NCBI GenBank assembly: GCA_963804505.1
Contig: CAWDQP010000010.1
Location: forward strand, 458,291 to 522,290
Direction of reading: 5' to 3'
DNA: 64,000 bases
Source of the DNA: an uncultured Thermoplasmata archaeon
GTDB lineage: Archaea; Thermoplasmatota; Thermoplasmata; Lutacidiplasmatales; UBA184
The notes beneath the pieces were generated by a model. The model had not been told where the DNA came from. It did no database searches and saw nothing but the letters and a program-made list of their open reading frames with translations. Shown one piece after another: positions 18,700 to 27,901 of the stretch (position 1 is the first letter of the stretch; each line of letters begins with the position of its first letter). Made by a program: the position numbers and the translations under genes.

Positions 18700-21600
18700 G
18701 CTTGGACACGCCCCCGCGAGGGGTTCCACGTCGGCGGTACCACCAGACGAGCACGAGCAGGACGACCACGACCGCCGCGGCGATCCCGCCGTACTCGAGC
18801 AGCTCCGTCGTGGTGCTCGGGTGGATGGAGACCGCGAGCGACGCGATGTTCACGGTCCCGTAATCGGCCGGGAACTCGTTGTCGCACGTGGCGTTCGCGT
18901 AGACGATGAAGTTCCCCGTGACCGGCGGGCTCCACGTGATGACCGCGCGGATCGTCTTGTTGTAAGCGACTTCTGGGAGCTTGCCACCCACGCTCACCAA
19001 GGCGGTCGAGTTGGGCACGCCCTTCGAGGTGTAGTTGTAGAACAGCACCGAGCCGGGGAGCCGGAGAAGAAGGTCTTCGAGCCGGTCCCCGACGAGCCGA
19101 GGATGTACCAGCTCACCGTCACATTCTTCGCGACCGCCTTCGAGCCGCCGCCGATGGTGACGTTCACGTAGAACGTGGAGGTCGTGCCCTGCGTGAGGGA
19201 CGTCGGGCCGGTCAGGTTGGTGGCCTCCAAGATCGGGCGCGTGGTCGCGTTCGGAGAGACGCTGAGCGTCTGCGTCGAGTTGGAGTAGTTGCCGTTCTCG
19301 TCAGTGACGTTGAGGTTGATGGAGTAGACCGTCGTCTGGGGCGGCAGCCAGAGCACGGGGAACGGCTTCTTCGCCGTGGTGAACGGTCCGAGGGTCTTGT
19401 TGGTCCAGTTGCTCGCCGTGTTGTTGATCTTCCAGACGAATTTCACGATCTGGCTTCCGTTCGGGTTGTTCGACGCCGAAGCGTTCAGGACGACCGCGGC
19501 GGTCCCGTTCGAGGCTTCGGTGAGGCCCGTGGACGGCACGACCTTCCCGGACAACGTTTGCAGCCGGAAGGCGGCGGTCGGGATCTGCGTGTCGTTCACC
19601 AGGATGACGAGGGTGGTGTTCGCCGACTTGCCGGTCGCGGTCCAGACCGTCAGTGTGAGGTTGTACTGCCAGCCACCCTTGAAAGGCACGGAGTGGCCCC
19701 CGACGTTCCCGGCGGTGATGTAGCTGCCTGCGCCCGTGACACCGTTGAACTGGAAGCTCCAGTTCGAGCTCCAGTTGGCGCCCTTGCTGACCGAGAAATT
19801 CTGGGAGGTGTTGAACCCCTTCGCGCCCACGAGCTTGTAGTAGGCGATCGAGAGGACGTTCGGCGGGGCGATCGTGCTCAAGGACGCGTTGAACGAGAGC
19901 GTATCGCTCCAGTTCACGATGAGGTAGGGGTGGCCCCCGACCGAATAGTTCGCGGACGCGTTGCTCGAGATGTTCGCGACGGGCGCGGTGGCGTTCACCA
20001 CGTAGACGTGGAAGGCGGTCGAATTCACGGTCCCGCCCGAGGCGTGGATCGTGAGACTTCCGGTGCAGTTGCCCGTCCCGGTCGACTTCGTGTAGGTGTG
20101 GTTCGCGCTCGTGTTGTTGGTCGTGGTGCTGTTGCCGTCGCCGAAGTTCCACGTGAAGCTGGTCGCGTTCGTTCCGACCGGATAGGTGGAGTTGATCGCG
20201 CTAAAGGTCACGTTCTGGCCCTTGCCGACCACGACCGAGTAGTTGCCCTCGCTCGAGTTGAGGACGTTCGCCTTCGAGAACGCGAAGTTGTTGACCGAGA
20301 CGTTGACGATCGGGGTCGGAGTTCCGAGCTTGACGACCTTGAACTTCGCGTCGGCGGAGGCGGTCGAGCTCACCTTGGAGACCAGGGTGAAGTGGGTCCA
20401 GGTCCCGTTCGGCCCGACGCCGACCAAGCTGGTCTGAGCGGGGGCAGTGGTGGGCGAAGCGAGGACGTACCCCTTCGGCAGCACCACGCTGTAGTTGAAC
20501 AGGTCCGACGGGCTCGTCGGGTGCTTGAAGGCGAACGAGATCGTGTAGTACGAGGCGTTCAGGGGGACCGTCCCGTTGAGCGCGTAGAGGTGGTTCCACG
20601 AGTAAGAGATGTTCGCGTTGCTCCCGAGTCCGCACGAGGTCGTGCACTGCGAGGCGAAGCTCGCGGGCGCCTGGGTGGCGTTCGGGGCCACGAACCCGGT
20701 GCCGTTGACGGTGGTCATTGCCTGGGTCGCGGGGAAGAACGGCCCGGTCGAAGCGATCCAGCTCTGGAGGGCCGCGTTGTCGGCCGACGGGAAGACAAGC
20801 GAGTTGTTGAAGTCGAGGCCCAGCTGGGCCCAAAGCTGTCCCACCGATCCGTTCGGCAGGTTCGGGACGGACGAGTCGTTCCCGAGCGTTACGTTGGTCG
20901 TCACGCTAAGGTTCCCGCTACCGTTCAGCACGTTGAGCGCGGAGAAGTTGAGCGTCGTGTCGAACAACCCGAGCTCGGCGTGGGTGATGGGCGACACGAG
21001 GACGTTACGCGTCAGCGCGGAAGCGGTCGTGACGTTGGCGATGTACGCCGCGGTCTGGTAGCCGCCGGCCGCGAGGATCACGTTGAACGCCTGCTTGGCG
21101 CTGCCGGTGAAGCCCGCGGGGTAGGTGGCGAAGCCGTAGTACCCGCCCGGGGCGGTCGCGGTCGAGTAGATGTAGTGGTTCGTCGGGTCGTAGAGGGTCG
21201 CGTTGCCGGCGGTCGGGACGAACCCGGCCGTGACGTTCATCCGGCCCGAGAGGAAGTAGCTCTTCAGGACGGGGTTGAACAGCGGCGGGGTCCGGGAGGC
21301 GATCGTGAGGTTCGTGCTGTTCGTGTAGGTGCTACCCCCCGACGCTTGGACCGTCTGGATGACCCAGGTCCCTTCGGGGACGTGCATCGGTCCGTAGATG
21401 CCCGTGGCGTTGGAGGTAGCGTTCGAGAGAACGAGCCCGTTGAACTCGGGGGCGAGCAGCGAGACGATCGCGCCCTGATCCGGGGCGCCGCCCGACATGA
21501 CCGTGCCGTTCAGCGTGGCGTTGTAGGGGAGGACGGCGACGTTCGGGAGCGCGACGGAGTAGTTCGCGTCCGTCAGCTCCGAGCCGTTGTAGAAGGCGAA

Positions 21601-22038
21601 CGTCGGGTTCTGGCTCTGCGGGAGGACAGCGCACTGGCCGCAGTGCGTAAGGCTGATGTTCGCCTCCGCGGGAACCCAGAGACCCCAATATCCGGGACCC
21701 AAGGCCCCGGCGGTGCTCGCGGTGGTGAACGTGAACTGGCCGCCGTTGCCGGTGACCGTGGCCGTGTAGACCGTCGCGGTGCCCCGCGAGACGAGATCTA
21801 CCTGCACGCCCGCCGGCACCGGCGGGGCGCCCGCGCCCCCCGGCTGGGTCACGTATCCGGTCAGACGGTAGCTCGTCGATGCGGCCGGAGTGGCTCCGAC
21901 GATCGATGCCAGCGAACTCGCCAGCAGAACGACCACCAGGGCCATCAGGGCCACGCGCGGCAGATGCGACGCCAACTGTTTCACTACTCCCGGTCTGCTT
22001 CGTCCTCTCTCGAGGGCGGCGGCCGAACCTAGCCCCAT
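18629..22038 (-). CDS. Large surface glycoprotein candidate (S-layer-like), with signal peptide, PKD-like module and C-terminal membrane anchor
   Basis: ORF 18994..22038 and ORF 18629..19048 join at a CCCCGG run near 19055 (...FFSGSPGSVLFYNYTSKG...). The N-terminal signal reads LMALVVVLLASSLASIVGATPA. There are dozens of N-x-S/T sequons and a PKD-like motif FTWNFGDGNSTTTNNTSANHTY. The C-terminal transmembrane helix GGIAAAVVVVLLVLVWWY is followed by an RRRG...EPEDDDDS tail. The start could be GTG near 21984 instead of 22038. Confidence 0.7.
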
Positions 22039-22079
22039 TACTTATAGCTTGCTCGCGCGCCGGGCGACGCGCCCGCTCG

Positions 22080-24305
22080 TCAGCGGTAGATCGCTTCGAC
22101 CGGCTCTTCCCGGCGGCGCGCGACCCGCTCGCGGAAGAGGTGTTTCTCGAACTCTTCGTAGAACCGGAGGGTCTCGGGATCGCACGACGCGCGGACCTGT
22201 TTCAGCGCGGCTTCAAAGTGCGCGCGGGTGACCTTCGACGCTTTCAGGTTCTCCCGGATCGCCGTCAGCCCGGCCTCCCGGCATAGCGCGGCCAGGTCGC
22301 TCCCGACGTACCCCTCGGTGTGCGCGGCCAGCTGGGCCAGGTCGACGTCGTCCGCGAGCGGCATCTTGCTCGTATGGACCGTCAGGATCTCGATGCGCCC
22401 CGCGACGTCGGGCGGCTCGACGAACAGCATCCGGTCGAACCGGCCGGTCCGGAGGAGCGCCTCGTCGATGATGTCGGGGCGGTTCGTCGCCGCGATCACG
22501 AGCACCCGCTCGAGGGACTCGAGACCGTCGATCGACGTGAGCAGCTGGTTGACGATCCGCTCCGTGACGCCGCTCGACGTCTGGAGGCCGCGTCGGGGCG
22601 CGATCGAATCCATCTCGTCGATGAAGACGATCGAGGGGGAGGCCTGGCGGGCCTTCTTGAAGATCATCCGGATCGCCTTCTCGCTGTCGCCGACCCACTT
22701 GCTCATCACCTCGGGTCCTTTCACGGAGATGAAGTTCGCCTGGCTCTGGGTCGCGACCGCCTTTGCGAGGAGGGTCTTTCCGACGCCGGGCGGCCCGTAG
22801 AGCAGGATGCCGCGGGGCGGCTCGATCCCGATGTGCCGGTAGACCTGCGGGTTCTTGAACGGCAGCTCGACCGACTCTTCCAGGATCCTCCGGACCCGGT
22901 CGACGCCGCCGACCTCGTCCCACCGGGTCGAGGGGACCTCGACCGTGACGTCCCGGAGGCTGGAGGGCTCGATCTGCTTCAGCGCCTCCTTGAAGTCGTT
23001 CTCGGTGACCTTCATCTTCTCGAGGAGGGAGAGCGGGATCGGCTGGTCGAAGTCGATCTCGGGCAGGTAGCGCCGCAGGGCGCGCATCGCCGCCTCGCGG
23101 GCCAGCGACGAAAGGTCCGCGCCGACGAAGCCGTGGCTCTGGGCCGCGAGCTCCTTGAGCGTCCGCTCGCGGTCCTTCTCGCTCCCTTCGATCGGCATGC
23201 CACGGGTGTGGATCTGAAGGATCTCCAGGCGTCCTTCCTGCGTCGGGACGCCGATCTCGATCTCGCGGTCGAACCGGCCGGGTCGGCGCAGCGCGGGGTC
23301 GATCGCCTCCTCCCGGTTGGTCGCCGCGATGACGATGACGTTCCCCCGTCCCGAGAGGCCGTCCATCAGGGTGAGCAGCTGGGCGACGACCCGACGCTCG
23401 ACCTCGCCGACGACCTCGTCCCGTCGCGGCGCGATGGAGTCGAGCTCGTCGATGAAGATCACGCTGGGCGCGTTCTTCTCGGCGTCCTCGAACTTCTCCC
23501 GTAGCTCCTTCTCGCTCTCCCCGTAGTACTTCGAGATGATCTCGGGTCCCTGGATCCCGATGAAGTGGGCCCCGGCCTCGTTCGCGACGGCCTTGGCGAT
23601 GAGGGTCTTCCCGGTACCGGGGGGCCGTACAGCAGCACGCCCTTCGGCGGGGTGATCGCCAGGCGGTCGAACAGCTCGGGGTGCTTCAGCGGGAGCTCGA
23701 TCATCTCCCGGACGCGGCCGAGCTTCTCCTGGAGGCCGCCGATGTCCTCGTACGAGACGCGCGGCGCGGCGACCTCGGCTTCGCTGACCGTGTCCTCGCG
23801 GATCGTGATCTGGGTGGAGGGGGCGACCTGGACGGTCCCCTTCGGCTGGGTCGAGACGACCATGAACGGCAGCGAGCCGCCCATCAGGAAGACGCCCGGG
23901 ATCACGAATACGTCGCCGCGAACGAACGGCCGCCGGGAGAGGGCCTTCGCGACGAAGCTCTCGAGACCGGGTCCGAGGTCCATCCGTGCCGATCCGGCGT
24001 AGATCGGCGCGATCGTGATCGCGTCGGCGTTCGGGCAGTCCGCGCGGTGGACCGCCACGCGATCCCCGATGCTGACGCCGGCGTTCCGGCGGACGACCGC
24101 CTCGATCCGAACCAGTCCCTTGCCCTCGTCGTCGGGCTGGGCCCGGCTCGACGATTGCCGGGGTGGCCTTCCGGCCGCGTATCTCGACGATGTCCCCGAG
24201 GCCGACCTTGAGCCGTTGCCGCGTCTGGACGTCGAGACGGGCGGTCCCCAAGCCGATATCCTGCTGGAACGCCTCGGCGACGCGCAGGGTGGCAGCCTCT
24301 CCCAT
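22080..24305 (-). CDS. cdc48: Cdc48/VCP-type AAA+ ATPase (two ATPase domains)
   Basis: The N-domain reads [25 protein letters not shown]... D1 has [19 protein letters not shown] and [12 protein letters not shown]; D2 has [19 protein letters not shown] and [12 protein letters not shown]. The middle part lies in the frame of ORF 23459..25291. Frame breaks lie near 24143 and in the G6 run at 23619..23624. Confidence 0.9.
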   Translation of the reverse strand: MGEAATLRVAEAFQQDIGLGTARLDVQTRQRLKVGLGDIVEIRGRKATPAIVEPGPARRRGQGTGSDRGGRPPERRRQHRGSRGGPPRGLPERRRDHDRADLRRIGTDGPRTRSRELRREGPLPAAVRSRRRIRDPGRLPDGRLAAVHGRLDPAEGDRPGRPLHPDHDPRGHGQRSRGRRAARLVRGHRRPPGEARPRPGDDRAPAEAPRAVRPPGDHPAEGRAAVRPPGTGKTLIAKAVANEAGAHFIGIQGPEIISKYYGESEKELREKFEDAEKNAPSVIFIDELDSIAPRRDEVVGEVERRVVAQLLTLMDGLSGRGNVIVIAATNREEAIDPALRRPGRFDREIEIGVPTQEGRLEILQIHTRGMPIEGSEKDRERTLKELAAQSHGFVGADLSSLAREAAMRALRRYLPEIDFDQPIPLSLLEKMKVTENDFKEALKQIEPSSLRDVTVEVPSTRWDEVGGVDRVRRILEESVELPFKNPQVYRHIGIEPPRGILLYGPPGVGKTLLAKAVATQSQANFISVKGPEVMSKWVGDSEKAIRMIFKKARQASPSIVFIDEMDSIAPRRGLQTSSGVTERIVNQLLTSIDGLESLERVLVIAATNRPDIIDEALLRTGRFDRMLFVEPPDVAGRIEILTVHTSKMPLADDVDLAQLAAHTEGYVGSDLAALCREAGLTAIRENLKASKVTRAHFEAALKQVRASCDPETLRFYEEFEKHLFRERVARRREEPVEAIYR

Positions 24306-24333
24306 CGTCTACGATTCGGACCCCTGCGCGGGC

Positions 24334-24341
24334 TATAATAA
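24334..24341 (-). promoter_or_regulatory. TATA-like box of cdc48
   Basis: TTATTATA on the minus strand, about 33 nt upstream of ATG 24305. Confidence 0.5.
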
Positions 24342-24392
24342 CTTGGCCCGAACGGGAGTCGCCGAGGGGACGTTCCGGTCGGACGACGCCGA

Positions 24393-25291
24393 CTAGCTAC
24401 CGGGTCCGCCGCCGTCCGGCAGGTCGTCCAGCGTCGCCTGCCCTTGCCGGCCGGACGCCCGGGACAGCCGCGGAGCGGCTCGTGCAGGACCTCCGCGAGC
24501 TCGCGGACGGTGGCCGGCGCGAACCCCATGAAGTGGTTGTTGGAGTAGGCGTAGACCGCGCTCGCCGTGAGTCCCTCCTCGTCGAACCGGCCGCGCATCG
24601 CCTCGAGGGCGGGCCGACCCTCCCGTTGGACACGGTCGAACCGGTCCAGGGCGCGGTCGCCGATGAAGCGCGCGTACACGACGTCCGCGGTCCGCCACGC
24701 GGGCGGCTGGGTGCCCGGAAGGACCGACCAGACGAGCGCGGCTCCGCGCGACTCCAGTTCGCGACGGGTCGCCTCCACCCACCACGAGTCGTGCCGCAGC
24801 TCGACGGCGAGCGCGTACCGGCGGGGAACCCTCTCGAGGAGGCTTGCGAACTGGGCAGCCTGGCGTCCGCGGCGGAACGAGGCCGGAAACTGGAGCACGA
24901 CGGGGCCGAGCTTCCCCGCTTGCTCGAGGGGAGCGAGGCTCGCGAGGAACGTCTGGAGGACGCCGGGCGAGTCCGCGGCCCCCGGTCCGTGGGTCACGTC
25001 CTTCGGGATCTTCAACGAGAATCGGAATCCTGGCGGGGTCCGGTCCGCCCAGCGTCGCACGAGGAACGGGCTCGGGGCACGGTAGAAGCTCGAATCGACC
25101 TCCACCGTCCGGAAGACGCGGGCGTACCGCTCCAAGAACTCCGACGGCGGCGTCCCTCGGGGGTAGAACGGGCCGACCCAGTCGTCGTACGCCCAACCGG
25201 AGCACCCGAGCCAGTATCGCGACACGTGGGGTCCACCGGGGAGGCGTCGGCTCCGAACGGCACCGCCCCAGGAGCGGAACGAACATATCAT
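24393..25291 (-). CDS. DUF72 (YecE-like) family protein
   Basis: [48 protein letters not shown]...[13 protein letters not shown]...[12 protein letters not shown]. The tail [15 protein letters not shown] is in another frame, with a shift near 24437. The true start is probably the GTG near 25224. Confidence 0.7.
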
Positions 25292-25311
25292 GGGCGGCGC
25301 ACCTTCCGGCG

Positions 25312-26205
25312 ATGGTTCCCCCGATACCCCGCTCCTCCACCCTCGTGCGCCTCCTCGAGGCGGCCGGGTATCGACTGGAGGCCCGGGCCGGGGTCACGAT
25401 CGCGGTGCGGCCCCGGGACCACCGCTCGGTCGTGATCGCCCCGACCGCCCGGCCCCCGGCCGAGATCGAGCGGCTGTTCCCGGTCGACTCGGTGCGTCGA
25501 ACGATCGTCTACGACGACGACCCCGGCCCGAACACCCGGGGCCTGGCGGCCGACCACGGCATCGAGGTGCTGGACCCGACCACCCTCGGCCCGGCGCTGG
25601 GGGAGATTTTGCTCCCGTCGCCGACCGAAGCGGACGCGGCGCTCGATGGTTCGGAGGACCCCGGTTTCTTCGACCTCCCGTTCCCGATGGTCCGTCCCGG
25701 GGACCGGACGATCCGGCCCCGCATCGGCCGAGCCGAGGCCGAAGCTCTCTCTGGGGTCGACCACCCCCGCTACACCCTCCGCCTCGTCCCGTACTACGTG
25801 GCGGCCTACCACGTCCGACCCGCGTCGGTCGACGGGGGTCGCGGCGCGGTGTTGCACCGGGTGGTCGCGGTGAACGCTGCGAACCGTCGGGCCGAGGTCT
25901 GGGAAGAAGGCGAGCGCGAGCTGGTCGGCGAGGTCGCGGAGCCGCACCAGCGTCTCTCCCCCCAGTTCGCGGAGTCGGTCGCCACGCCGCTGGCCATCGA
26001 GGCGATCCGGCGCGAGCACACGGTCCGCGTCGACCACTCGGAGCAGCACGGTGGGGCGCTCGTGATCGAGACGCGCCGCGTGCCGCCGTCGGTGGACGAC
26101 GTCCGGCTCGGCCCGTTCGTCCTGCTGTACGTACCCCACTGGTACGCGGAAGGCGCGGAAGGGCGGGTCGTGATCGACGCGGTGACGGGCCGGCGCGATC
26201 CGTAG
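25312..26205 (+). CDS. Hypothetical protein (about 298 aa)
   Basis: This is the tail of ORF 24844..26205, starting at ATG 25312. It reads [34 protein letters not shown]... and ends ...[29 protein letters not shown]. Third codon positions are GC-rich in a coding-like way. I recognise no family. Confidence 0.45.
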   Translation: MVPPIPRSSTLVRLLEAAGYRLEARAGVTIAVRPRDHRSVVIAPTARPPAEIERLFPVDSVRRTIVYDDDPGPNTRGLAADHGIEVLDPTTLGPALGEILLPSPTEADAALDGSEDPGFFDLPFPMVRPGDRTIRPRIGRAEAEALSGVDHPRYTLRLVPYYVAAYHVRPASVDGGRGAVLHRVVAVNAANRRAEVWEEGERELVGEVAEPHQRLSPQFAESVATPLAIEAIRREHTVRVDHSEQHGGALVIETRRVPPSVDDVRLGPFVLLYVPHWYAEGAEGRVVIDAVTGRRDP

Positions 26206-26255
26206 CGCCCGCCCCGTCCCCGGCGCGCCGAGGCCGCGCCCGCGCTCCCTCCACT

Positions 26256-26264
26256 GTAAAATAC
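26256..26264 (+). promoter_or_regulatory. TATA-like box of the MBL-hydrolase/Cgi121 pair
   Basis: TGTAAAATA(C), about 25 nt upstream of GTG 26285. Confidence 0.45.
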
Positions 26265-26284
26265 GCTGCCCCGCTCGACGCGTC

Positions 26285-26896
26285 GTGCTCCTCGAGCAGT
26301 TCCGCATCGGCCCGTACCTGAACTTCACCTACCTGGTGGCGGAGTCCGAAGGGGGCGATGCGGTCGTGATCGACCCGTCGTATGGCATTGAGCCGGTGCT
26401 GGAGGCGATCGACGAGCGACGTGTGAAGGTCGGCTACGTCCTCAACACGCACAGCCATCGCGACCACGTCGCGGGCAACGACGAGGTCCGGTCCCGCACG
26501 GGGGCGAAGGTCGTGGCGCACCGGTCGGCCCCGCTGGGCCAGGACGTCTCCGTGGAGGACGGCGACGCGATCTCGGTCGGGCGGCTGAAGGTCCAGGTAC
26601 TCCACACGCCCGGCCACACGAAGGACAGCGTGCTCTACTTGTTCGAGGGCCACCTCGCGACGGGCGACACCCTCTTCGTGGGCGAATGCGGCCGCACGGA
26701 CCTGCCCGGCGGCGACCCGTCCGAGATGTACGACAGCCTCCTCCACCGGGTCGTCCGGCTGGACGATGCGCTGGTCGTGCTGCCGGGCCACGATTACGGG
26801 CCGACGCCGACCTCCACGATCGGTCGGGAAAAGAAGGAGAACTACACTCTGAAACCCCGGACGCGCGAGGAATTCTTGAAGTTCCTCGCCGAATGA
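26285..26896 (+). CDS. MBL-fold metallo-hydrolase (glyoxalase II-like)
   Basis: An intact 203-aa ORF with NTHSHRDHVAGN (HxHxDH), HTPGHTKDS and LPGHDYG. A TATA-like box at 26256 lies about 25 nt upstream of the GTG start. Confidence 0.8.
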   Translation: MLLEQFRIGPYLNFTYLVAESEGGDAVVIDPSYGIEPVLEAIDERRVKVGYVLNTHSHRDHVAGNDEVRSRTGAKVVAHRSAPLGQDVSVEDGDAISVGRLKVQVLHTPGHTKDSVLYLFEGHLATGDTLFVGECGRTDLPGGDPSEMYDSLLHRVVRLDDALVVLPGHDYGPTPTSTIGREKKENYTLKPRTREEFLKFLAE

Positions 26897-26902
26897 ATTA
26901 CC

Positions 26903-27469
26903 GTGCCGCCCCTTCCCCCTCCAGAGGAACGCGCCCTGCGTGCCGTCGGTGCCCGGCGACGAGCGCCCGGCGCGCCCAAGACCAAGGACGTGATCCTGGC
27001 GTTGCGGACCCTCTCCCAAGAGTCTCCCGCGCTCGTCGCCCTCTTCGATGCGGACGCGATCGCGGGCGAGCGCCACCTACTCTCGGCGTGGGCGCATCTG
27101 GGCCGGTCGCGCGGCCGCGGCGAGTCCCGCCTTCGGGACCGGTCGGCCGAGCTCGCCCTTTACGTCGCCGGGGACGATCAGCTGCCGCGGGCGCTGGCCA
27201 AGGTCGGGGTGGCGGATGCCACGACCCATTTCGTGCTCGTGGCCGAACGGCCGCACGACCCCGCCGCGCTCCTGGTCCGGTTCGGCTTGGAGCCGGACCC
27301 GTCGGCCTACCCCCGTCCGGTCGACGCGGCAATGCTGGAGCGGTTGGGGATCACGGCGGCCGAGCGCGCGGCGGTCCCCGAGACGGCGTGGGAAGGACTG
27401 GTGCTGGAGCGCGTCGCCCTCGTTGACCTCGCCGCGCCGTCCGGCCACGAGCCGACCCCAAAACATTAA
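26903..27469 (+). CDS. cgi121: KEOPS subunit Cgi121-like protein
   Basis: ERHLLSAWAHLGRS...SAELALYVAGDDQLPRALAKVGVADATTHFVLV...WEGLVLERVALVDL. This parallels the archaeal Cgi121 pattern I remember (H.lhA...E.ll..sG.rQI..Ai...G ... ER.lEkiALiEL). Confidence 0.55.
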   Translation: MPPLPPPEERALRAVGARRRAPGAPKTKDVILALRTLSQESPALVALFDADAIAGERHLLSAWAHLGRSRGRGESRLRDRSAELALYVAGDDQLPRALAKVGVADATTHFVLVAERPHDPAALLVRFGLEPDPSAYPRPVDAAMLERLGITAAERAAVPETAWEGLVLERVALVDLAAPSGHEPTPKH

Positions 27470-27507
27470 CGGCCGAACCCGGTCGCCCGCCGTTCGCGGG
27501 CAGGCGT

Positions 27508-27610
27508 GCAGGTGTAATCTAGTGGTAGGATGTCAGCCTTCCAAGCTGACTACCCGGGTTCGAAACGACGGACCGGCGCTCGGTCCGTGGCGAAGCTCCC
27601 GGCACCTGCA
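27508..27610 (+). tRNA. tRNA-Gly (anticodon UCC) with a 32-nt intron in the T-loop (position 59/60)
   Basis: Hand fold: acceptor GCAGGTG/CACCTGC, D stem ATCT/GGAT, anticodon stem TCAGC/GCTGA. The anticodon loop is CTTCCAA, with TCC at 27540..27542. The T stem CCGGG/CCCGG is interrupted after TTCGAA. The discriminator is A and no CCA is encoded. Confidence 0.8.
27565..27596 (+). other. tRNA-Gly intron (bulge-helix-bulge type), boundaries +/-1 nt
   Basis: The central 4-bp helix pairs TTCG (27559..62) with CGAA (27591..94). It is flanked by 3-nt bulges AAA (27563..65) and GCT (27595..97). The inner helix pairs ACGGACCG with CGGTCCGT. Removal leaves the T-loop TTCGAAT. Confidence 0.7.
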
Positions 27611-27641
27611 TACCGGGCCCGCGAACCCCGGAGCACCGACG

Positions 27642-27649
27642 CTTTAATC
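27642..27649 (+). promoter_or_regulatory. TATA-like box of tRNA-Ser
   Basis: CTTTAATC, about 31 nt upstream of the first tRNA nucleotide at 27676. Confidence 0.45.
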
Positions 27650-27675
27650 GGGGGCCGGCCGCTCCGGTCGCCCGC

Positions 27676-27759
27676 GCTGAGGTAGCCTAGCCCGGCAAGG
27701 CGCCAGCCTTGAGAGCTGGTGGCGGCAACGCCACGGGAGTTCAAATCTCCCCCTCAGCG
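27676..27759 (+). tRNA. tRNA-Ser (anticodon UGA), no intron
   Basis: Acceptor GCTGAGG/CCTCAGC and anticodon stem CCAGC/GCTGG, with loop CTTGAGA. There is a long variable arm (GGCG-GCAA-CGCC) and a T arm GGGAG-TTCAAAT-CTCCC. A TATA-like box CTTTAATC lies at 27642. Confidence 0.85.
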
Positions 27760-27867
27760 GCGCCGGGCGCGGGCGCGCCGAGCGGCGAAGCTCGGGACGC
27801 TGTCGGCACAACGCGACCGCCTACCGGGCGCCGGTCCCGCGCGACGGTGGAACGTCCACTTGCGCCG

Positions 27868-27877
27868 GATTATAAGC
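27868..27877 (+). promoter_or_regulatory. TATA-like box of the mutS-mutL-nuclease operon
   Basis: GATTATAAGC, about 29 nt upstream of ATG 27902. This implies a leaderless mRNA. Confidence 0.5.
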
Positions 27878-27901
27878 GATATCTCGCTCGCCGAGTCGTC
27901 G

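Noticed and set aside
19558-22032. An 824-aa plus-strand ORF opposite the surface glycoprotein gene.
   Set aside because: The translation is dominated by R/G/V/D/E repeats and has no signal or domain features. The minus-strand frame has a signal peptide, sequons, a PKD motif and a transmembrane anchor.
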